This document shows positions 51,917 to 61,239 of a stretch of DNA of 64,000 nt, one piece after another; within the stretch, counting starts at the first letter, position 1, and every line of letters begins with the position of its first letter. The position numbers and the translations under genes were made by a program. The notes under the pieces were generated by a model. It worked only from the letters and a program-made list of their open reading frames with translations. It ran no database searches and had not been told where the DNA came from. The stretch covers positions 576,001 through 640,000 of the forward strand of contig CAVRBU010000004.1 in assembly GCA_963719315.1 (NCBI GenBank), read 5' to 3'. This DNA comes from an uncultured Planctomycetota bacterium (GTDB taxonomy: Bacteria > Planctomycetota > Planctomycetia > Pirellulales > Lacipirellulaceae).

Positions 51917-52035
51917 TGCTTTGTCACAGGATTAGCCGCGGGGCGCTAGCCCCCGGTTGGAGCGGCACAAACCGGGGGCTAGCGCCCTGCGGCTGATGCG
52001 CCGAACCCCATTTTTTAGCTGTGACAAAGCACTAG
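51913..52035. mobile_element. CTAG-type MITE
   Basis: Same ends and core as 50627; its CTAG includes the DUF1559 stop codon. Confidence 0.9.
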
Positions 52036-52097
52036 CCCGCTATTGAAACAGGGGACGGGCAAGCTCGCGGGCAGCATGATGCTCGCGGCGTCTCCGC

Positions 52098-52748
52098 TTA
52101 TTGGCTCTTTAGCTTGAATTCTATCTTTTGTTTGATGAGGGCCGGATCGTCGGGGGCGATCTGCTGACCCAATGTTGTGTGCTCGTTGTAAATGGCCGGG
52201 ATCGACTCTTTGCCGTTGACCAGCTTGGAGACCTTCACTCGATAGAAGCCGAGCTGCAATCCAGGCGGCGTGTCCGGCGTCGGCCGCTTGTCTTTAGGGA
52301 TCCTCGGATAAGCCGCTCCAATCGTGTCCGTCGGGCCGCTGCCGGCCTGAATTTCACTACCCAAAAATGTTTCGGGCTCGAACGTAACGGTTGCGTCGGC
52401 CAGCGGGCGTCCATCCATTGTGACCGAGCACAGCACGCGAGCGATGCCGATCTGAGATCCCTGCCACGATCGAATCCGATCCGCGATCTCCGCAGCCGAA
52501 ACTTTTCCATCGTGGTCCGTATCGAGCGTCGCGAGGGCCGCCTTCAGCCCCGGAACTTTGTCGAGCTCTTCCGCAGCCAGGAAACCGTCGCCATCGGCGT
52601 CGTACAATTCCAGCGCCTGATTCGCCGAGCCTCTTGCGTCAATCGAAGGCGCCTCGACGCGGCCCGGCGCATTGCTGCACGAGGCAATGGGCGCCGCCGC
52701 CAGCCCGACCACGATGAACCACACATGAGACTTTCCGGAAAGCGACAT
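52098..52748 (-). CDS. Lipoprotein with EF-hand-like pair and DUF1559-partner-type domain
   Basis: IASC lipobox; DADGDGFL..EEL and DTDHDGKVS..EI; VTMDGRPLADATVTFEP, GFYRVKVSK, IPAIYN. Confidence 0.78.
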   Translation of the reverse strand: MSLSGKSHVWFIVVGLAAAPIASCSNAPGRVEAPSIDARGSANQALELYDADGDGFLAAEELDKVPGLKAALATLDTDHDGKVSAAEIADRIRSWQGSQIGIARVLCSVTMDGRPLADATVTFEPETFLGSEIQAGSGPTDTIGAAYPRIPKDKRPTPDTPPGLQLGFYRVKVSKLVNGKESIPAIYNEHTTLGQQIAPDDPALIKQKIEFKLKSQ

Positions 52749-52807
52749 CGATGACTCCTATCGAGTAATGAATGCAAGTATCGAGTAATGAATGCAAGAG
52801 TAATGTT

Positions 52808-53126
52808 CTCAAAGTGAAACCGCCAAGTACGCCAAGAGCGCCAAGTCTTCATTCAGTAGTTCCAAGTTTCGAGACGGACGAGGAAATAAATTACTGAGGA
52901 ACACTAATTCTCACTAATTTTCGCTAATTCCGAATCAGTGGAGATTAGCGCAGATTAGTGTTCCGCCTTTTCTTATCTGAACTTGGAACTACTGTCATTA
53001 TATTACGATCAAAGACGCGATAGTCTGCCGGAACGGTATTTAGCAGACAAACTGCAAGTCAAATTGATTTCTCTCTGTATTCCTTGGCGTTCTTGCGCAC
53101 TTGGCGGTTCGTCTTTTCAGTTTGAG
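52808..53126. mobile_element. CTCAAA-type MITE interrupted by a 141-bp element
   Basis: Matches 53245-53415 once 52854-52994 and the TCATT duplication are removed. Confidence 0.85.
52854..52994. mobile_element. CAGTAG-type MITE with 5-bp target duplication
   Basis: Perfect 15-bp TIR CAGTAGTTCCAAGTT / AACTTGGAACTACTG; TCATT on both sides; inner hairpin GGAACACTAAT...ATTAGTGTTCC. Confidence 0.9.
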
Positions 53127-53244
53127 GCAACACGATCCAGCCGATAGTATAACGCAGTGGGCCAGGCGTTGCCGGACGGAAAATTCGTGCGTCGCGGCAC
53201 AGAGTTCTTGTCGGCTGGGTGGCGCTTGGCCGCCTGGCTATTTA

Positions 53245-53415
53245 CTCAAAGTGAAACCGCCAAGTACGCCAAGAGCGCCAAGTCTTCATTTATTACGATC
53301 AAAGACGCGATAGTCTGCCGGAACGGTATTTAGCAAACAAACTGCACGCCAAATTGATTTCTCTCTGTATTCCTTGGCGTTCTTCGCGCCTTGGCGGTTC
53401 GTTTTTCAGTTTGAG
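53245..53415. mobile_element. CTCAAA-type MITE (uninterrupted)
   Basis: CTCAAAGTGAAACCGCCAAG...CTTGGCGGTTCGTTTTTCAGTTTGAG; flanks GCTATTTA / GCTATTCA. Confidence 0.85.
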
Positions 53416-53441
53416 GCTATTCACGAATCAATCTGTACCAC

Positions 53442-53672
53442 TACCACAACGGCACCGTTGATGCGGCCGACTATGTGCTGTGGCGCAAGGATCCGAACTT
53501 TTATGGGGGAACGCCTGGCGGCTACAATACGTGGCGGGCCAACTTCGGCAATCCACCCGGCAGCGGCAGCGGTAGCAGCGCAATCGACGGCGCCGCCGTG
53601 CCGGAACCCTCCAGCTTGTGCTTGCTGCCCGTCAGCCCGTGCGCTTTGGCGACTGGTCGCCGCGTCCGCTAA
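53442..53672 (+). pseudogene. Orphan dockerin-like + PEP-CTERM tail
   Basis: YHNGTVDAADYVLWRK...WRANFG...VPEPSSL with a degraded TM segment; no N-terminal part. Confidence 0.8.
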
Positions 53673-53764
53673 CCCATTTGCGACGTAAAAGCAAGCAAAA
53701 AGATTCGTTCCGCGCAGCACTTTCTCGCTTTCGCAAACGCGAGAAAGAACTGCGCGGTTTTCGT

Positions 53765-53792
53765 TTGCACCGTTGCAAATGCCGGTTATTCT
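53765..53792 (+). promoter_or_regulatory. Sigma70-like promoter
   Basis: TTGCAC-N16-TATTCT. Confidence 0.5.
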
Positions 53793-53875
53793 AAGAGTAG
53801 CGGTCGTCGTCGGCATGTTACGCCGACAGTCAACATCTTCAGCAATTGGTCTCAGTGGGCGGAGAAACCCTAACT

Positions 53876-55103
53876 ATGAAACTTTTCACATTCCTATTCG
53901 CGGGCTGCTTCATCGTCTTCGTCGGTCTCTCAACGGCCCAGGCGGACACGACCATCGTGAACGAAACTTTCGACAGCTATGTCGATGGCGGCGGCCTGCC
54001 GGATCAAGCCGCGTTCGAAGCGAATTGGCGACCCGACAACGGCGACGGCATTCCCGACTTTCTCGATCCGACGAACGCCGGCTTCCTGGTGCCCGATCAG
54101 TTTGGAATCGTGAATCCTCCCAACGACAATCCGCCCGGCCTGCAGGGCGTCGGTGTGGCAAACATCGGAACGGGCATCAACGAATCGAACGCCACGTTTT
54201 CTCTGATGCCGAGCGCAACGCAATGGATTCGCTACGGCGGCGACATTTACAACGACGGCCCAATTACCAACGATAGTGCATCGGGCATGCGGCAGGCCAT
54301 CGGTTTGCGAAACGACAACTATGATCGCGATCCCGTGACGTTCGGCTGCCAGTGCGGTACAAACTTTCTGGAGCTCGGGTTCTACAACACCAAGCGCAGT
54401 CGATCCAATCACTGGCGAAACGCGCCCCAGCACTCAGTTTCAATATCGCATCGCTTTGTTCTCGCGGGTTCAGCCCGGCAATGTCGCGCTGCCCAATTGG
54501 CTCTCGTTCAAGTTGGATCCGGCGTTGGATACGAACGGCGTTCCAGCCGACGGCGACTACAACAACAACGGCACGGTGGATGCCGCGGACTATGTCATGT
54601 GGCGCGATAACGTAGGTACCTCGAACGTCTTGGCCAATGACCCAACCGGCGGCACGATCGGCCAGGCCCAATTCGATACGTGGCGAGCCCAATTTGGCAA
54701 AAAGTCGACTGCCGGACTCGTGGACATCAACGATATCGGCGCGGGTTGGCATACGTTTTCCGCGCTCATCAAGCCCGATTCAATCACCGTCGAGCTCGAC
54801 CTCTATCGCGACGGCATCAACAACGCCACGGGCCTTCCGGGCGTCGATGCATCGGAGACTTGGGCGGCTCAAATGGACACTATTGCTGGCGCGGCGGGCG
54901 CATTCAACAGCCTGCGGATTGGCCCGCCGTCGGGAATCTCCGGCAACGACCACACGGTGTTCGACAATGTCTTTTTGACGGTCATCGATGTTCCCCCCGC
55001 GGTAGGGACGCTTGCCGCGAGTGTTCCCGAACCGGCCTCGCTGGTCCTGGTCGCTTTGGGCATGGCGGGTCTGCTCGGTCTATCGCGATCGCGGCAGAAT
55101 TAA
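53876..55103 (+). CDS. PEP-CTERM protein with internal dockerin-like module, frameshift near 54392
   Basis: Signal peptide; NETFDSY; GDYNNNGTVDAADY mid-protein; VPEP-TM-RSR. Confidence 0.85.
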
Positions 55104-55330
55104 GAGAAGTCAAAACTTGCTGCGCGGTATGTTCGGCGCGGGAAACCGGCCGTCGCCGGGCATGGTGCGATTTGCAAGACGCATCCCTTGCTTGCGCTGC
55201 GGGCTTCAATCGTTGTTCATCCTTGTGTTTGCTGTTTCGAATTCCTGGGCCGCTCCAACTATTTTTGGTAAGCATCCCGTTTTCAGCGACGCGATGCGCT
55301 ACATCGACAAACGAGTGCGCACAATGCGCA

Positions 55331-55358
55331 TTGCTTAGGTCGCCCCGGCGGCTAGAAT
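55331..55358 (+). promoter_or_regulatory. Sigma70-like promoter
   Basis: TTGCTT-N16-TAGAAT. Confidence 0.5.
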
Positions 55359-55451
55359 TATGGTTATGGACGCACAGGTTGGCGGAGCGGCTACCGTGCT
55401 TCGCAGTACCTGGTCATTGACCACACCCACTACTTTTCCGAGGTGGCTGTT

Positions 55452-56531
55452 ATGAACCGCACTTCCTTAGCAAGTCGCACGGCAGGAGCTCGTGGATTTA
55501 CGCTCGTGGAACTTCTGGTGGTGATTGCCATCATTGGTATTTTGGTGGCGCTGCTCCTTCCAGCGGTCCAAGCGGCGCGCGAAGCGGCGCGGCGGATGAG
55601 TTGCCAGAACAATCTCAAGAATGCGGCGTTGGCCTGCCTGAACTATGAGAACGCGAAACGCGAGTTGCCGCCGGGCGCGGTGAATCATCTCAAATCCGGT
55701 GACAACGGCTTTAGTTGGCAGGTGCTGATTCTGCCCTACGTGGAAGAAGGTTCGATCAGCGCCGAAGTCGAAGCGGCGGTGAAGCAGCGGCTGCAAACGA
55801 ATCCGAACGATCCAATTGACGGCTATGAGATCGCCGGCCAATATGGCAATGGCATCACGATCTTTCTCTGTCCGACGGATACCGAAATCAAGGACAAGTT
55901 CAATCAGGGACTTTCTAGTTCCAGCTACGCGGGAGTGATGGGATCGTACGCGAGCCGTAACGGAGTTACCGGCACATGCTTAACGAAGATCTGGCCGGGC
56001 GGCAGCCGGGATTATTGCGCAGGCAACCGCGGATCCTTGGCAGGCGTCGTGAATTTCGATGGTTTGCTGACGGAGGATCTGCCCATCAAGATCAGCACAG
56101 CGACCGATGGGATGAGCAAAACGCTCATGTTGGGCGAACGCTGGTATCAATTACGGGCTTGGACCGTGGGTGTTTATTGGACCAGTCCTCCTCCATCTTA
56201 CTCTCCGATCACCAAAAAACCGCCGGTAGGTCCGTGCGGCGTGGCTTATGTGAGCGCGTGCAAGAATCTCGATGACCGTTATCCGATTAACGCGAGTCTT
56301 AACGCAGTCGGCTACTATGTAATCCACGATAATAACACGGATCGGCCTCCTATGCCCCCGGGCGGCCAGAAGACCATGGCCTTCAATGACCTGCTGTGGG
56401 GCAGCTTTCATTCGGGCGGCGCTAACTTCGCCTACGGTGATGGCAGCGTCCATTTTCTGAACGATAACATAGACGTTGATACTTTCCTCGCGCTCGGTTC
56501 CCGAAACGGCGAGGATACGGTTAGCGAATGA
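55452..56531 (+). CDS. DUF1559 prepilin-type protein
   Basis: [51 protein letters not shown]. Confidence 0.95.
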   Translation: MNRTSLASRTAGARGFTLVELLVVIAIIGILVALLLPAVQAAREAARRMSCQNNLKNAALACLNYENAKRELPPGAVNHLKSGDNGFSWQVLILPYVEEGSISAEVEAAVKQRLQTNPNDPIDGYEIAGQYGNGITIFLCPTDTEIKDKFNQGLSSSSYAGVMGSYASRNGVTGTCLTKIWPGGSRDYCAGNRGSLAGVVNFDGLLTEDLPIKISTATDGMSKTLMLGERWYQLRAWTVGVYWTSPPPSYSPITKKPPVGPCGVAYVSACKNLDDRYPINASLNAVGYYVIHDNNTDRPPMPPGGQKTMAFNDLLWGSFHSGGANFAYGDGSVHFLNDNIDVDTFLALGSRNGEDTVSE

Positions 56532-56947
56532 GCAGCATGCATCGAATCCTCCTGCGGGGAAAGTCATGTGCGTTGTTGCTGGTCGCGTTGTCAGCCCTTT
56601 CGGGCTGTGGGGGCAGCGTCGCCACGAATACTGTTTCAGGCAAGGCAACCTACCGGGGCGAACCGCTGGCGGGCGGCAGCGTGACGTTTCACCCGGATAA
56701 GGGACAGCCCACGATCGCGGCGATCGATTCGACGGGTTCGTATACGGTGGAGTTGCCGCTCGGCGAGTACCGCGTCGCGGTATATGCGGCCGGAGTCAAG
56801 GTACCCGAGGGTTGGAAGGATGGCGATCCTTCCCCTCCACCGCCGAAGCTGGTGCTGCCGTCAGAATACTCGACCCGCGCCAAGACGAAGCTCCACATCA
56901 CCGTAACGGGCAGCGGTACGCAAACCGAAGACTTCATCCTGAAGTGA
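56528..56947 (+). CDS. Small lipoprotein of the DUF1559-partner type
   Basis: LSGC lipobox; [34 protein letters not shown] overlap with the DUF1559 stop. Confidence 0.85.
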   Translation: MSSMHRILLRGKSCALLLVALSALSGCGGSVATNTVSGKATYRGEPLAGGSVTFHPDKGQPTIAAIDSTGSYTVELPLGEYRVAVYAAGVKVPEGWKDGDPSPPPPKLVLPSEYSTRAKTKLHITVTGSGTQTEDFILK

Positions 56948-56958
56948 AGTCACGCCCC

Positions 56959-57133
56959 CAAGTGCATTGTCACAGCTTGATTTTGGGATTAGCCGCGGGG
57001 CGCTAGCCCCCGGTTGGAGCGGCACAAACCGGGGGCTAGGGCCCTGCGGATGATGCGCCCAACCCCAATTTTTAGCTGTGACTAAGCACTAGCGCCCTGC
57101 GGCTGATCCGAAAACGATGCTTTGGCGCAGCAC
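56959..57133. mobile_element. CTAG-type MITE (56959-57092) followed by the right half of a related copy
   Basis: Ends CAAGTGCATTGTCACAGCT / AGCTGTGACTAAGCACTAG; the continuation CGCCCTGCGGCTGATCCGAAAA..GCGCAGCAC matches 19218-19258. Confidence 0.8.
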
Positions 57134-57223
57134 GGGTTTCCATCGTTTGTTCGACCGGCTAGGGAGAAATCGCTCACGCCAGCCATTTTGCGAAAAAACG
57201 TGAAAAGTTTGCGCACAATTTGG

Positions 57224-57251
57224 TTGTATGGGTCGCATGGCTGGTTATTCT
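57224..57251 (+). promoter_or_regulatory. Sigma70-like promoter
   Basis: TTGTAT-N16-TATTCT; shares GGTTATTCTAA with 53784-53794. Confidence 0.5.
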
Positions 57252-57329
57252 AAAGATAGATGGGCGGCCAGTTCGGCCGCTTGATGGTTCGTCCTTTACC
57301 TATCCAACCCTGCACTTTCAACGGGAGGA

Positions 57330-58085
57330 ATGCTCATGAGATGTTTTGCAACGGCCTTGGCGGGCTTGCTGGTCGCAAGCCTGGCGGTGACGGCCAACGC
57401 CGCCTTCATGGTTGAGGTCGATACGGACGGCACAACTGTCGGCAACACCAGAACGCCTAGTCCGAACTTTTCGTTTGGCGGCGATACGACAACCGCATCT
57501 GCCAGCATAACTAGCTTCGCGATCGGAACAACAGGCGGCAACAGTATTTTCGGCGGCGACGGCGTGGCACTCCCAGACACGTACGTCTTCTCGTACACGC
57601 CGGGTACAAATGTCGACAACACGCCATTTGCCGCCGGTACCGTGCTGGGTTCCACGACTGGCTTTCCGGGCGAAGGGAACAAGTCGTCGGGAGTGGCAGG
57701 TGGGGCATCGGGAATGTACAATGTGTACTTCACGGCACCCGAGTCGACAAACGTAAGTGCGACATCGATTTTCACACTGACGCAAAACGGCGCCCCGATC
57801 GTAATTGGCCCCGTGAATATTAACAATACGGGCACTGGCCCGGACACCGATCCTGGACCGGCGTTTGTTGGGGGCGCCAACAACTCCTGGCACTTGCTCG
57901 GTACGGTGAGTCTGGTGGCCGGCAACACCTACAAGGTGACGCAAGAAACCACCGCGAATACGTTCGTATCGCAGCGAGCCTACGCCGTAATGTGGGAGCC
58001 CGTGGCTGAGGTTCCGGAGCCCTCGACGTTCGTCTTAGCAGGCTTGGCCTTCGTTGGTCTGTTGGCCCGACGGCGCAGCGTTTAA
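57330..58085 (+). CDS. PEP-CTERM surface protein
   Basis: Signal peptide; NFSFGGDTT; VPEP-TM-RRR; GGGAGG RBS. Confidence 0.9.
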   Translation: MLMRCFATALAGLLVASLAVTANAAFMVEVDTDGTTVGNTRTPSPNFSFGGDTTTASASITSFAIGTTGGNSIFGGDGVALPDTYVFSYTPGTNVDNTPFAAGTVLGSTTGFPGEGNKSSGVAGGASGMYNVYFTAPESTNVSATSIFTLTQNGAPIVIGPVNINNTGTGPDTDPGPAFVGGANNSWHLLGTVSLVAGNTYKVTQETTANTFVSQRAYAVMWEPVAEVPEPSTFVLAGLAFVGLLARRRSV

Positions 58086-58113
58086 CGATCTGTTTGTAAT
58101 CCAACACCTTCGC

Positions 58114-58148
58114 AGCCACTTCGACTTCCCACCGAAGTGGCTGTTTTC
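58114..58148 (+). terminator. Probable terminator hairpin
   Basis: AGCCACTTCG...CGAAGTGGCT then GTTTT. Confidence 0.6.
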
Positions 58149-58182
58149 ATTTCACCGCATCGCAGAAGTAGGAGGAGCGCTC

Positions 58183-58929
58183 ATGAGATTGTTGTCATCG
58201 ACTTTGGCAGCCTTGCTGGTCATCGGCTTCAGCCAATCATCCGCCCATGCCACTTTCGTCGTTGGAGCGCACAGTTCAGAAAATGGAAACGCCAATTTTT
58301 CGTTTGGCGGCGATACGACCTCGGCCTCGACAAGTATTGCCAGTGGGGCCGCGGGCCTCATCGGCACCAATAGCATCTTCGGCGGCAACGGCAGCGCGAA
58401 CGACGTTTACGTTTTTTCTTATACGCCCGGAACCGACGCCGACAACACGGTCTTTGCGGCCGGCGCGGCACTGGGCGATAGCTCGGCGACTGACATCGAC
58501 GGCGCCGGCGTAACCGCGCCGGTCTATGCGAATGTGCCGCAGTTGGCCAGCGGCCTGACGGGCGGCCGCTCGGGGTTGTACAAGGTGTACTTCACCACGC
58601 CCGCGAGCACGGGCGTCAACGGCACCACGCTGTTCGAGACCGCCGGCAATTTGGGAACCGTTGCGCTCAACCCGGTGAATTTGAACACGGGTGGAACGGG
58701 AACCGGCAACGGGGCGAACAACGCCTGGCTGCACATTGCCACCGTGCCGCTCACGGCCGGAAATACCTACAGCGTGACGATGACCTCCAGCGGAACGGCG
58801 TTCGTCTCTCAACGGGCTCACGCGGTCATGTGGGAATTCATCGGGCCGAATGTACCCGAACCGGCAACGATCGCGCTGGCGGGATTGGCCGGTATCGGCA
58901 TGTTGGTTCCTCGCCGCCGCAGATTGTAG
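58183..58929 (+). CDS. PEP-CTERM surface protein, tandem paralog of 57330
   Basis: Shares NFSFGGDTT, NSIFGG, YVFSYTPGT, GANN.W and FVSQRA.AVMWE; VPEP tail. Confidence 0.9.
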   Translation: MRLLSSTLAALLVIGFSQSSAHATFVVGAHSSENGNANFSFGGDTTSASTSIASGAAGLIGTNSIFGGNGSANDVYVFSYTPGTDADNTVFAAGAALGDSSATDIDGAGVTAPVYANVPQLASGLTGGRSGLYKVYFTTPASTGVNGTTLFETAGNLGTVALNPVNLNTGGTGTGNGANNAWLHIATVPLTAGNTYSVTMTSSGTAFVSQRAHAVMWEFIGPNVPEPATIALAGLAGIGMLVPRRRRL

Positions 58930-58967
58930 GGACGGTCGGCTCTCCGATCGGTGTGAGCTTCACGATC

Positions 58968-60689
58968 CTAGACCAACCATGGCCGGCGGCGCCCAGTGAA
59001 TAGCAGAACTGCGGCGAGGGCAACGAGTATGATGCCGGCCGGCTCTGGGATCGCGATGCCGCGAGCAAGGGCCGAGCCGCTGCCCGTCGCCACCTGCTTC
59101 CGCCACAAAAGATAGTCACCAGAGTCGACGACGCCGTCGCCGTTGCCGTCGGCGCTGGTCCAGGGCGTAACCGTCTGGCCGAACGCGGCGCGCCACGCCG
59201 TATAGTCGGCGGCATCGACTAGGCCGTCGCCCGTGAAATCGCCTGGGATCGGCCTCATGCGCAAGACGATTAAAGTATGTGGCGCGATCTCCACCTGCGC
59301 AATGCCACCGATCATCGTCACCGCGGCTAATGGCTCAAGTGCCGCCGACAACCGATCGGCGTTGTATTGAAAGACGTCCAGCGTTCGTTCCAGGGTTTCG
59401 GATTCGAATTGCACGGCGACATCGGCCGACTCCGTGGCGTGGGTGTTCACCAGAATTACGGCCTCGTGAGCGGCGTTTCGGATGGTAAAGGCTTCCACCG
59501 CAGCGGACGGGTCGCCGGTCACATCGGTAGTGAGCAGTTCGGCGGCGGTCGTGAGCCCGGCCGTTTCGTGGAGCAACCGCGCGGCGTAATACGCGGGCTG
59601 GAGCTCGTACTCCGGCGGCCAGCGGATCAATCCAAAGCCGCCGGTGGTGCCAAACCGCAGCGCCATATCGCTCCCCCCTCGTGCCGAATAGAGCCATCCC
59701 AGAGACGCGACGAGCCCGCCCATGGCATCGACGTTCCGGGGATCGGTGTACGGCGCGCCATCCTTGGTCCAGACGGAGCTCGTATTGAATTCCGTTAGAG
59801 TGAGTTCAATCGCCTTGTTGGTGACTGTAGCTAAATCCGCGCGAATTGCAGCGGGCGCTGTCTCGAATAGCTTGGCTTTCTCGAAGATCGCCTCATCGAT
59901 GTCGTCCGGATTACCAGAGGCATATACGTGGTACGAGACGAAATCCAATTGCTGCTCGCCGCCCGGTTCGGCCAGTACTTTTTTGGCCCACGTAGCCGGC
60001 TCCCAGGAGCCATAACTGGCGGGTCCGCCGGCCCGCAGTCCCGGGTCAACATCGTGAATCGCCTCGGCCGCATTCAGGAATAGGTCTACCGATTCGGCCC
60101 AGCCCATGTAGCTCTTGCTGGTCGGATGGATGTGGTTCGGTTCATTGAGCAACTCGTAGTACGGCACTTGGCTGCCGTACCGCTGGGCCATCGCCTCGGC
60201 GAGCACCCGCCACTCTTGGCGGCCCGCCTCCTGGGTCCACCAGGGTTGCTGGCTGTCGCCAACGAACCAGCTACCATCTCGTTGGTTCAGGCTGAGCATC
60301 GGCGTCATGCCGGTTGCATTGATCTCTGCCACGGCCGTGTCGGTATCGGTCCAATCGAACACACCCGGCGATGGATGGACCTGCGGTACATCGACAAACA
60401 CGCGAACGACGCCGATCCCCGCTGCGTTGAGCGCACTTTGCGTGGCCGGTGTCGCGTAGGCGCTGGGGAAGTCGGCCAGTTGTCCCGTCGCTGGATCAAT
60501 CGCCCGATGCGTCGGGCCGTTGTACTGCAACCCCATGAAATTTGGGCCGACCGTTGCCTCGACTGTGTTTCGTACCGTAACCCCGACTGGTGCAGCGACC
60601 GCCAATGATAATTGCGCGACTGACGCCAGCGCAACAAAGGAGATCCGAACGCAGAATTCGAGCAAGTGGGACCGCATGATTAGCGGCAT
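58968..60689 (-). CDS. Clan GH-A glycoside hydrolase (GH39-like) with dockerin-like module and PEP-CTERM
   Basis: YELLNEPN (acid/base), DFVSYHVY, LTEFN (nucleophile); GDFTGDGLVDAADY; IPEP-TM-RRR. Confidence 0.8.
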   Translation of the reverse strand: MPLIMRSHLLEFCVRISFVALASVAQLSLAVAAPVGVTVRNTVEATVGPNFMGLQYNGPTHRAIDPATGQLADFPSAYATPATQSALNAAGIGVVRVFVDVPQVHPSPGVFDWTDTDTAVAEINATGMTPMLSLNQRDGSWFVGDSQQPWWTQEAGRQEWRVLAEAMAQRYGSQVPYYELLNEPNHIHPTSKSYMGWAESVDLFLNAAEAIHDVDPGLRAGGPASYGSWEPATWAKKVLAEPGGEQQLDFVSYHVYASGNPDDIDEAIFEKAKLFETAPAAIRADLATVTNKAIELTLTEFNTSSVWTKDGAPYTDPRNVDAMGGLVASLGWLYSARGGSDMALRFGTTGGFGLIRWPPEYELQPAYYAARLLHETAGLTTAAELLTTDVTGDPSAAVEAFTIRNAAHEAVILVNTHATESADVAVQFESETLERTLDVFQYNADRLSAALEPLAAVTMIGGIAQVEIAPHTLIVLRMRPIPGDFTGDGLVDAADYTAWRAAFGQTVTPWTSADGNGDGVVDSGDYLLWRKQVATGSGSALARGIAIPEPAGIILVALAAVLLFTGRRRPWLV

Positions 60690-60853
60690 TATAACAGAAA
60701 TGACGAATGGGAAGGGAACGCAGCCGGCCGCGAGAGGCGTCGCCTGACGCCAAGCAAGCCGATGATCGCCACGGCGACGATGAGGAGAAGCAGACCGGCC
60801 GGCTCCGGGATCGCTGTGCTGCCAACGGGCAGGCGCGGCCGATCAATTCGCAT
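60689..60853 (-). pseudogene. Orphan PEP-CTERM mini-ORF, 54 aa, below the ORF-track length cut-off
   Basis: My translation: MRIDRPRLPVGSTAIPEPAGLLLLIVAVAIIGLLGVRRRLSRPAAFPSHSSFLL*; TAATG overlap with the GH start. Confidence 0.7.
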
Positions 60854-61239
60854 GACTCGAATCTCGCTTCGGCGCTACCGAATCATCGAATTCCACCCAA
60901 TGACTTAGTTCGCTGCGCGATAGCGTGAGCCATGTGCGCAGAGGAACGGTTTAATCGCCGTCAGAGCGACATGATGATAGATCAGAGCGCGCAAACAACT
61001 TGCCGTAATCCACGCCAGCAGGGATAATTAAGGAATGGAAGTACGGCACCATGCGAGCGGTTGTTCGCTTTGCGCTGCGGAAATTTCGCGGGAAGAGGCT
61101 TCTCATTTTGCAAGCTGCGTTTGACTGCGCTGAACGCCGCGCGACGGTCTGGTGGATCATTTTATCGGCGCGGAGTTGCCCACTTTTTGCCACGAAGCGC
61201 TGCTTGAGTCCCATCGACGTTTTTGGAGTTCAATAGGAA

